From positions 1 to 38,549 of the forward strand of contig JAYEHT010000251.1 in assembly GCA_034659655.1 (NCBI GenBank): a DNA stretch of 38,549 bases, written 5' to 3'. Both the position numbers and the translations under genes were made by a program. This stretch comes from Candidatus Aerophobota bacterium (GTDB taxonomy: Bacteria > Aerophobota > Aerophobia > Aerophobales > JAGGXI01). Shown here one piece after another: positions 28,910 through 36,751 of this stretch. The notes below the pieces were generated by a model. The model made no database searches and was not told where the DNA came from. It saw only the letters and a list, made by a program, of their open reading frames with translations. Position 1 is the stretch's first letter, and every line of letters starts with the position of its first letter.

Positions 28910-30064
28910 ATGGGGGGTTTTTATATAGGGAAAGAGAGGAGGGCACGAAAAGCTTATGGACTTGATGAAGTTGCTCTGGTTCCGGGCAATAAGAGTATCG
29001 ACCCTGAGGATATTGACATAAAATGGAGAATGGGAGATATAACTTTTGATGTCCCCATCATAGCTTCGGCGATGGATGGAGTTGTAGATACAGATTTTGC
29101 TGTTCGGATGGGAAAACTAGGGGGATTAGCTGTTTTAAATTTGGAAGGGGTTCAGACCCGCTATAGAGATCCGGAAGAGGTGATGGAGGAGATTGTAAGT
29201 TCTTCTAATGAAGAGGCTGTGAAGATAATCCAGAAGATTTATAAAAAACCGATAAAAGAAGAGTTGATAGAGGAAAGAATCAAACAGATGAAAGAGGGAA
29301 AAGTTATCACTGCTACTTCCTGTACTCCTCTCCAAGCAGCTCGTCTTGGCCCAATTGCTCAAAAAGCAGGGGTAGATATTTTTGTTGTTCAGGCTACAGT
29401 AGCTACAGCAGAGTATATATCCTCCAAGAAGGAAGGATTGAATCTTAAAAAATTCCGCAAAGAGCTTTCTATTCCGGTTATCGCAGGAAATTGTGTTACT
29501 TATCAAACTGCTTATGATCTTATGGAGACAGGAATAGATGCTCTTTTGGTGGGAGTGGGGCCGGGTGCTGCCTGCACTACTCGTGAGGTCTTAGGGGTAG
29601 GCGTTCCTCAGGTTACCGCTACTGTTGATGCTTCTGCTGCCCGGGATGATTATTTTAAGAAAAACGGTCGTTATATCTCCATTATTACTGATGGGGGCAT
29701 GAGGACAGGAGGGGACATCTGCAAAGCCTTTGCCTCCGGAGCAGATGCAGTAATGATTGGCTCAGCTTTTGCTCGGGCTAAGGAAGCTCCAGGGAAAGGC
29801 TACCATTGGGGTATGGCTACCTCGGATGAAAATTTACCTCGAGGAGCAAGAGTGAGGGTAGGAACAACCGGAACGTTAAGAGATATCCTTTACGGCCCGG
29901 CTAAATTAGATGATGGTTCTCAAAATTTAGTCTGGGCGATAAAGACCTGCATGGGTTATTGTGGGGTAGCTAATATGAAGGAGATGCATGAAGTTGAGAT
30001 GATAATTGCTCCCGCCATAAAAAGCGAGGGTAAATTTTTTCAACGTGCTCAATATCTTTTTTAA
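28910..30064 (+). CDS. guaB3: GuaB3-family IMP dehydrogenase-related protein (no CBS domains)
   Basis: RKAYGLDEVALVP, ASAMDGVV, GVGPGAACTTREVLG, ITDGGM, HWGMAT. Confidence 0.9.
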   Translation: MGGFYIGKERRARKAYGLDEVALVPGNKSIDPEDIDIKWRMGDITFDVPIIASAMDGVVDTDFAVRMGKLGGLAVLNLEGVQTRYRDPEEVMEEIVSSSNEEAVKIIQKIYKKPIKEELIEERIKQMKEGKVITATSCTPLQAARLGPIAQKAGVDIFVVQATVATAEYISSKKEGLNLKKFRKELSIPVIAGNCVTYQTAYDLMETGIDALLVGVGPGAACTTREVLGVGVPQVTATVDASAARDDYFKKNGRYISIITDGGMRTGGDICKAFASGADAVMIGSAFARAKEAPGKGYHWGMATSDENLPRGARVRVGTTGTLRDILYGPAKLDDGSQNLVWAIKTCMGYCGVANMKEMHEVEMIIAPAIKSEGKFFQRAQYLF

Positions 30065-30071
30065 ACAAAAA

Positions 30072-30114
30072 TAAACCCTACTAGTAGATAGAGAAGCTTA
30101 TCTAACAGGGTAAA
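30072..30114. repeat. REP-like palindrome, copy 3, between convergent guaB3 and rpmB
   Basis: TAAACCCT-actag-TAGATAGAGAAGCTTATCTAACAGGGTAAA. Confidence 0.7.
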
Positions 30115-30121
30115 GCAAGGG

Positions 30122-30313
30122 TCAGCTCACCTTCTCTATCTTTCCTGAACGAATACAGCTAGTACAAACATAAGCTTTCTTTATCCGATTGTTAATTTTT
30201 ATTTTAATGCGTTGAAGATTAGGAGACCAACTTCTTTTTGTTCTTATTCCGGATTTACTTACTCTATGCCCGCTAGTTGCTCCCCTGCCGCATATCTCAC
30301 ATTTTTTTGCCAT
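30122..30313 (-). CDS. rpmB: 50S ribosomal protein L28 (zinc-binding type)
   Basis: MAKKCEICGR...RTKRSWSPNLQ...VCTSCIRSG; AAGGAG RBS before ATG 30313. Confidence 0.95.
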   Translation of the reverse strand: MAKKCEICGRGATSGHRVSKSGIRTKRSWSPNLQRIKIKINNRIKKAYVCTSCIRSGKIEKVS

Positions 30314-30732
30314 AGTCAGACTCCTTACTTTTAAGTTTAGCATATTTTTAAAAAATAAGTAAATATTCAGTGAACCCCGTCTAAAATTTCCTTTCTCCTA
30401 AGCTGGTAGGCCCACTTTCCTTCTACCTCCCGGCCTTAATCTCCAGTTTCTTATCTTTATTATAATCGTTTTTTTTTGACAAGGGGGCAGCTGAAATTTT
30501 AAACAGCGGGTTAGCTGCTAGCCTTGTTGTGCTCCGCCTCTTAAGATACTGGGAAATTGTCAAAATTTTTAGTCATCCAGTTTAAATCTACAATTTTAAT
30601 CTTACCCTAATTTCTCTTTTAAGGCAAATGGATTTTTTATTCCCCTTTTGTCCCCCCGTCTCAAGTCATTTAACTATGTAACCGAAGTTGCTACCCTAAT
30701 GAACCGCGGTCTTCTTACTATCCAAAAAAGAA

Positions 30733-31036
30733 TTGCTCAATATCAAGGGGAATATTCTTGACCAGGGTTCATCTCCAACTCATAAAGGAATTATTATTCA
30801 GCTTTATGAGAAGAAAATTGCTCCTCCTGACATTGCAAGACAAACTGGACATTCGCTGGAAGCAGTAGATAGATATATCTCTGATTATGAGAGAGTGAAG
30901 ATGCTCCTACGGAAAGGTGCGGATGTAAAAGAGATGAGCCAGCTTAGCTAGAAGAGGCCTTAGCACGGTAAAAGAATATGAGAGAATCACCGTCCTTTAT
31001 CACCCGGAATTAACTACAAGAAAGAGCGAAATTTAA
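30733..31036 (+). pseudogene. DUF1670-like C-terminal fragment, frameshifted near 30946
   Basis: KGNILDQG..PTHK.IIIQLY...DIARQTGHSLEAVDRYISDYERV; continues in the +1 frame as RRGLSTVKEY. Confidence 0.65.
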
Positions 31037-31194
31037 GCCTGAAAGAAGGAAAACTTGATATTCCTGGTTTATCTGGTATCTTTAAAAAAGAAGCACGCAA
31101 GAAGCTCTTTTAAGTGTTTTCTTTGATAGAGTAATGTAAAATATAGCTCATTTACATGATTCCTTGAATGGTTCTTCAATAAGGACCTTTAAGG

Positions 31195-31257
31195 TATAAT
31201 TTCTTTAAGGATAGAGTTACCAATAATTCTGACTATGGGGACAAATGTCCCAATAGT
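31195..31257 (+). promoter_or_regulatory. -10 box with downstream palindromic operator
   Basis: TATAAT (31195-31200); ACTATGGGGACA-AA-TGTCCCAATAGT (31232-31257, 11 of 12 pairs match). Confidence 0.55.
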
Positions 31258-31324
31258 AAATGTAGTAAGAAAATCTGTTTTTCTATTTTTATGAAAGAAT
31301 GCAGATAACTTTAAGGAGAAAAAG

Positions 31325-31498
31325 GTGGTTATTAAACACTACGAAGATGTACCATTGGATCGTGAGTCAAATGGTCAAAAAGCAGGAATTAGATGGTTGA
31401 TTTCGAGAAAAGACGGTGCTGAAAATTTTGCTATGAGGATGATAGAGGTGGAGCCAGGTGGACCTACCCCCTTTCATTCGGTACAAAAAACAAGCTAA
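31325..31498 (+). pseudogene. Truncated cupin-domain protein (not in the ORF track)
   Basis: AAGGAG RBS and GTG start; MVIKHYEDV...IRWLISRKDGAENFAMRMIEVEPGGPTPFHS, then it stops before the rest of cupin motif 1. Confidence 0.75.
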
Positions 31499-31524
31499 AA
31501 GTTATATGTTAAGATAAAGTACCT

Positions 31525-31911
31525 ATGAACAAACAAAGAAAAGTTCTTGTTACTGATTATCCGTGGGAGAGTCTTAAGCCTGGAAGAGAAATGGAAGTTC
31601 TCACTGGTCTTGCATCCGGTGGTTGTCAATTAATTCTTTTCACGACAGGGGTCGGTGCTCCACAGAGATTTCCCTTATGTCCAGTAATTAAAATTTCAGG
31701 AAATAAAAATACTTGTCTGCATCTAAAGGAGCACATAGATGTTGACGTAAGCACAGTCATTAGAGACGAGGAGAGTATTGCAGAGGGAGGAGGAAGGATT
31801 TTTAAGGAAATAATAAAGGTAGCTTCAGGTAAAAAAGTGAAAGCAGAGCTTTTAGATTACGATGCGAATGGGGTAGATACTGATATATACGTTAAGGGTC
31901 CTGTGATTTGA
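31525..31911 (+). pseudogene. Chimera: 2-hydroxyacid-dehydrogenase-like N-terminus fused to a UxaA/GarD C-terminal part
   Basis: KVLVTDYPWESL.P joined to PGREMEVLTGLASGGCQLILFTTG.G...PVIKISGN...IDVD. Confidence 0.65.
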
Positions 31912-31924
31912 AAAAAGAAAAAAC

Positions 31925-32224
31925 ATGCAAAAGATTTTAATAATTAATGAAAATGATAATGTAGCTGTTGCGGTACAACCTTTAAAAAAAGGCGATGAAA
32001 TAGGTATAAACGTTAAAGGTCAAAAGGAGCTGAATAGACTGAGGATATGTCAAAATATTCCTTTTGGCCATAAAATTGCACTTAGAAGAATCAAAAGAGG
32101 AGAAAAGATTATAAAATATGGTGAGCCCGTAGGCGAAGCTACTAAAGATATTAGCGAAGGTGAATATGTCCATATTCATAATGTTGAGAGCAGAAAGGGC
32201 AGAGGAGATCTTCAGATAAGTTAG
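31925..32224 (+). CDS. UxaA-family dehydratase small (SAF-domain) subunit
   Basis: NDNVAVA, IPFGHKIAL, IIKYGEPVG.A..DI..GEYVHIHNV. Confidence 0.88.
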   Translation: MQKILIINENDNVAVAVQPLKKGDEIGINVKGQKELNRLRICQNIPFGHKIALRRIKRGEKIIKYGEPVGEATKDISEGEYVHIHNVESRKGRGDLQIS

Positions 32225-32225
32225 T

Positions 32226-33032
32226 ATGAATTTAATCATACAAGCTGGGGAAAATTTAGTAAGATTTGCTGCGATAAGTGTGGATGGACACAGTTTCTTT
32301 GGCCGTACGGGAATGGGTTGTATACTGGGATCTAAAAATGTAAAGGCGATCTGTCTTAAGGGAGATGAAAAAACCAAAGTAGCAGATAAAGATAAGGTGC
32401 GAGAGCTACGTAAAGAATTAACGAAAAAAATAGCCAAGGCGACAAGTGATTTTGCTGTTGAAGTAAAGGGTATCTACATAGGGGGACACGATCCAAGGGC
32501 AGGTTTTGGGCAGGCTTTAAATTTTGCGAGGGGTCCTGCAGGCCCTCATCATGAAAATGCTAATCTCTCGCTGCCGTATTGGGGAGTTTTGTTACCCGAG
32601 CTTGGAATTGATAAAATACCCGAACGCTTTGAGATGGAAGGAACTGAATACTTGGTGGCAAAATATCAGGACTGGGCAGCTCTATATAACTCCTTAGTTA
32701 TATGTAGATTTATGATGGAAGAGGGGGCTATGACCTTTGGAGATATGAGAGATTGTTTGAATGCAATAACTGGATGGGATATGTCTTTGGATGATGTAGC
32801 GAGGACGACGGAAAGAATATTTACTCTGGAGAGAATGGTTAATGTTAAATTTGGGTTAACTAAAGAGAATGACATGTTGCCAAAGAGAATACTCGAGGCA
32901 ACAAAGGAAGGGCCTCATAGTGGAAAAGTTCCTAAAATTGACTCAGCTCTCAAAAAATGTTATAAGCTAAGAGGATGGAATGAACAGGGGATACCGAAGA
33001 AGGAAAAGTTAGAGGAGTTAGGACTTTTATAA
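32226..33032 (+). pseudogene. Aldehyde:ferredoxin oxidoreductase remnant with N-terminal and internal in-frame deletions
   Basis: AGENLVRFAAI..GRTGMG.ILGSKNVKAI joined directly to FAVEVKG..HDPR, and the C-terminal CYKLRGWNEQGIP. 268 aa against about 600 for the family; the central Cys cluster region is absent. Confidence 0.82.
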
Positions 33033-33260
33033 GAGTGATCAAAAGGTCGTTATGGATGGAGAATTTTAAAAAAACAAGTTTTTATTTTAGGGGAAAGTTG
33101 CTTAGTAAAGTGGGGGGAGTGTTCAATCACACTTGGTAAGTTCTACAGAGAAAACTATAGTTGAAGCTTTGTTCAAAGGGCCCGAACGAAAGTTATGGCA
33201 AGAGAGGTGGATGGTACTAATTTTTGTGCCAACACATCAAGTTGGAAGAGGTAAGTATTA

Positions 33261-34685
33261 ATGATGTACAAAAAAATAACCAAAGAAGTGGCAAAAAAGC
33301 TGGGGGAAATTGTAGGTGAAAACAATATCATTCTGGATAAAGAGAAAATGGTGGATTACTCCCACGATGAGTTCTCCCTTGATTACGCCCAGCACTTTCC
33401 AGAAATAGTAGTAAAACCAACAAATACAGAAGAAATCTCTCAAATTGTGAAACTGGCGAACAAAGAAAGATTCCCCGTTACTCCCCGGGGCGGGGGAACA
33501 GGTCTCGTCGCCGGTTGTGTCCCTATCTATGGTGGGGTGGTGTTACTCCTGGAGAATATGAATAATGTTCTGGAAATAGATAAAGAAAACCTGATGGCAA
33601 CAGTTGAGCCCGGGGTTACCCTGATGGACTTCTACAGCGAGGTTGAGTCATCAGGTCTTTTCTTCCCGCCTCATCCCGGAGATGAGACAGCCCAGATAGG
33701 GGGTGCAATTACAACCAATGCTGGTGGAGCACGAGCGGTAAAATATGGAGTGGTAAGAGACTTCGTGAAGGGATTGGAAGTTGTCCTTCCTACCGGAGAG
33801 ATTGTGCACCTGGGGGGCAAACTTTTAAAAAATTGTACTGGGTACAACCTCCTGCATTTAATAATCGGTTCAGAGGGTACGCTAGGTATTATTGGCAAGG
33901 CAGTAATACACCTACTTCCCCCGCCCGAAAATGTAATGACTCTTGTTATCCCTTACGATTCTTTACATGATGCTATAAAGACAGTCCCTGAGATAATATT
34001 GAGCGGTATACGGCCTATAAGTATAGAGTTTATTCAGGAGGATACTATTCCTCCCTCGGAAAAGCTGCTTGGAAAAAAATGGCCCTGCGAGGTAGGCAGT
34101 GCCTTTCTCATGATAATAGTAGATGGCCCAACTGAGGAGGAGCTGTACAGGTTATGTGAGATAATAGAAAATATATGCTCCGCCAACAAAGCCAGAGATG
34201 TTCTGGTGGCAGATAGCAGAGAAAAGCAGGAGGATATCCTGGCAATTAGAAGTAATATTTATGAGGGTTTGAAGCCGGACACCATTGAAATACTGGATCT
34301 CACAGTTCCTCTCTCTGAGATAGTGAATCATGTAAACAGAGTAAATGAGATATCGGAAGAGCACAGTATATGGCTTCCCACGTACGGTCATGCAGCAGAT
34401 GGCAATGTTCACACCCATATTATGAAACTCAAAAAAGAAGGCGAGGAATTGGAGAGGCTGGAGAAAAAGAAATGGGAAGCAAAATATCCTGTAGTGAGAA
34501 AACTGCTGCATGAGGACTGTATCAAACGGGGGGGAGTAATATCTGGAGAACACTGTATAGGTATCATTAAAAAGGAGTATCTCTCGAAGGCACTGGGAGA
34601 TGCTCACCTTGAAATGTTAAAAAGAATAAAGAGAACTTTCGATCCCCATAATATTTTAAATCCTGGCAAGATATTTGACTTATGA
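33261..34685 (+). CDS. FAD-linked oxidase / D-lactate dehydrogenase (GlcD/LctD-like)
   Basis: TPRGGGTGL, IGGAITTNAGG, GSEGTLGI, GHAADGNVH, ISGEHCIG, DPHNILNPGK. Confidence 0.9.
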   Translation: MMYKKITKEVAKKLGEIVGENNIILDKEKMVDYSHDEFSLDYAQHFPEIVVKPTNTEEISQIVKLANKERFPVTPRGGGTGLVAGCVPIYGGVVLLLENMNNVLEIDKENLMATVEPGVTLMDFYSEVESSGLFFPPHPGDETAQIGGAITTNAGGARAVKYGVVRDFVKGLEVVLPTGEIVHLGGKLLKNCTGYNLLHLIIGSEGTLGIIGKAVIHLLPPPENVMTLVIPYDSLHDAIKTVPEIILSGIRPISIEFIQEDTIPPSEKLLGKKWPCEVGSAFLMIIVDGPTEEELYRLCEIIENICSANKARDVLVADSREKQEDILAIRSNIYEGLKPDTIEILDLTVPLSEIVNHVNRVNEISEEHSIWLPTYGHAADGNVHTHIMKLKKEGEELERLEKKKWEAKYPVVRKLLHEDCIKRGGVISGEHCIGIIKKEYLSKALGDAHLEMLKRIKRTFDPHNILNPGKIFDL

Positions 34686-34814
34686 GAAGGTGTAAGAGAC
34701 AGCAGGTACACTTCTGGTTAAAAGAACATATTTAGGTTTAAATTTTGCTAAATTTTCCCTAAGGGGTAATCTCACATAACCGCCGGGTAGGTATACAAGG
34801 AAACGGTTCCTTTT

Positions 34815-34923
34815 CACCCTGCTTTTGGGGAAAATATAATGGCAAGTATCATCACTCCTTACCACAGGCCTTTTAGGTGGAGCCGTGGGAGCTTCTCGTG
34901 CAGTGGTTGATGGAGGTTAGATA
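34815..34923 (+). pseudogene. Two fused relic fragments of a second etfA gene
   Basis: HPAFGENIMASIITPYHRP, then in the +1 frame GLLGGAVGASRAVVDGG*I. Both match separate segments of the intact EtfA at 12885-14087. Confidence 0.8.
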
Positions 34924-34982
34924 ATCTTTCCTCTGGAGAGAATTAAAAAGGTCATGATACTTCCATCTCGTTCAGGTACGAA

Positions 34983-35801
34983 ATGAATATCCAGGATTGG
35001 AAAAGAATTGGTGTCGAGTATGGGAAGGATATTTTAACAGTAAAAGTCCCTCCATATTGTGATATATTAACAATGGGCCATGTTCCTTCCCTGGCGGAAC
35101 CGGCAAAGAAAATAGAGAACGCTCTGTCCAATCCCATAGGAAGCAAAACTATTGAGGATATAGTTGCTTCTTCTAAGAAACATCCCTTCAGGGTAGTTGT
35201 TGCGGTGATTGTCTCTGACAACACACGTCCTGTTCCCTATAATGCAGGAAGTGGGGAAGGGATACTCTTTCCTATTTTAAAGAGGTTGAAAAAAGTGGGA
35301 GTAAGGAATGAGAACATTAGAATTATTGTGGGTACCGGTACACATCTTCCTACATCCAGTAAGTGGAAAAAAGAAGCCCTTGGAGAGGCCATAGCAGACA
35401 GTTACACAATAATAGACCATGATTCGACCTCCCCTGATCTTTTCTCTATAGGCAACGTAGATGGGATTGAAGTTAAAATAAACAAAGAGTTTATTACTGC
35501 AGATGTTCGCATTGCGACAGGCCTTGTCGAACCTCACTTTACGGCAGGGGTATCAGGTGGAAGAAAGGCGATATGTCCTGGGCTTATGAATCTTGAAGCG
35601 ACGTACCTTTTTCACGGTGTAGAGTTTACAGATAATCGTAATAGTACAAATTTAGTGTTGGAAAATAACCCTTGTCATAAATTTGCCTTGAAAGTCGCCC
35701 GTAAGGTAGGGGGTGGACTTCATTATAAATCTTACTATAAATGGGGATGGAAGATTGACAAGCCATTTTTATTCCACAAGAGGATAAAAATAAGCGTTTA
35801 A
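34983..35801 (+). pseudogene. larA: Nickel-pincer lactate racemase family protein, C-terminally truncated
   Basis: SDNTRP, GTGTH, DHD, EPHFTAGVSGGRKAICPG, FHG, NNPCH. Similarity stops near aa 243 (family is about 420 aa). Confidence 0.8.
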
Positions 35802-35811
35802 AAAACCGGTT

Positions 35812-36039
35812 TTTCTCCTCGAAATCAGAATCTTAGCTATTAATCCACATTTTCACTTGATGGGGTTTAGGGTCAACCGAAGAGAGGATCCTTTGCACCG
35901 CCATATGGTTAATATTGATAGAAAGCTTTTCATTTACCTTTTTCCCAAGTTCCTTGGTAGACCAGTGGGTTATCTTCTCAGGTTTTCTGCAGGTAATCTC
36001 TATTACTTTAAGCCTTATCTCATGGTCAAATTTCTTTGG
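35812..36039 (-). mobile_element. IS630-family transposase fragment
   Basis: Minus strand reads PKKFDHEIRLKVIEITCRKPEKITHWSTKELG...VQRILSSVDPKPHQVKMWINS*DSDFEEK, matching the IS630 HTH region THWS...RIL...KPH...W..S.D..F.EK. Confidence 0.78.
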
Positions 36040-36079
36040 TTCAATGTATGCAGTATCATTATAGCCAAATGAATTTTTC

Positions 36080-36155
36080 TCTTGATCATTATAAGAAAGT
36101 ATTAGTTCAGGGATTTATATAGGTATCGAGGGGAAAAGTCCCGAGATTCTCTTGA
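36080..36155. repeat. Internally deleted copy of the 12632-12872 element
   Basis: tcttgat..ataagaaagtattag..tcagggatttatataggtatcgaggg joined to gaaaagtcccgagat.ctcttga. Confidence 0.8.
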
Positions 36156-36179
36156 CGATTTTGTTAGAAGTAGTAAAAT
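36152..36179 (+). promoter_or_regulatory. Putative sigma70 promoter whose -35 overlaps the repeat end
   Basis: TTGACG-16 nt-TAAAAT upstream of the GAGGAG RBS of the 36207 ORF. Confidence 0.5.
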
Positions 36180-36206
36180 AAAAGTGGTAAAAAGAGGAGA
36201 ATGTAA

Positions 36207-36740
36207 ATGAATCTGTATGAAAAGTGGGAAAAAGCTACTAAAGAAACCAGGATATTAAGGTTTCGCTTACCTAACCTTTTATCTTTCGAGGCTACTACTC
36301 TACCTTATATGTCCTTGGCTGAATCGTCAATCAATACCGGAGATACAGTAGTGAGAAAGGGCGAGGTTGTGGTTCAGAAACCTTTAATTATTCTTCCCTC
36401 AAATCTTCCCCAATTTGAGGGATTTGAATTCGAAGATGATTATCAATTAAACAGCGATGAAATCAGAAGGTTTTTATTAATGAGAGGGGTTTCTTTTCCC
36501 TCTTTAAAATATCGCAATGAAACATATAATGTTGATGTTTATGAGGGATGTTTAAAAAAAGCAATAGAATATTTTTCTCTTCAGATGGAGAAAAGAGAGG
36601 ATGTTCACTCGGGATTAATAGCGGGCCCGGAGGACTGCTGGAAGCTTTCCATTTTAATTTATGTGATAGCTCTTACTTCCAGATCGGCCCCTGAAGATGT
36701 TAGAAAAATTTTGGATAATTTGAGAAAGAAATATAAGTGA
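36207..36740 (+). CDS. Hypothetical protein, function unknown
   Basis: 177-aa ORF with RBS, promoter and typical composition; no functional motif recognised. Confidence 0.75.
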   Translation: MNLYEKWEKATKETRILRFRLPNLLSFEATTLPYMSLAESSINTGDTVVRKGEVVVQKPLIILPSNLPQFEGFEFEDDYQLNSDEIRRFLLMRGVSFPSLKYRNETYNVDVYEGCLKKAIEYFSLQMEKREDVHSGLIAGPEDCWKLSILIYVIALTSRSAPEDVRKILDNLRKKYK

Positions 36741-36751
36741 AATGGAGGAGA

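Noticed and set aside
30371-30545. Possible riboswitch, attC site or IS end upstream of rpmB (GAACCCCGTCTAAAA; GTTAGCTG...GTTGTGC)
   Set aside because: Only short partial motif matches, with no complete structure, partner repeat or integrase. An Rfam/ISfinder search would be needed.
33033-33260. Further gene fragments between the AOR remnant and the FAD oxidase
   Set aside because: Looks like coding debris, but no family could be assigned with confidence.
35857-36072. 71-aa plus-strand ORF
   Set aside because: It is the antisense of the IS630 transposase fragment.
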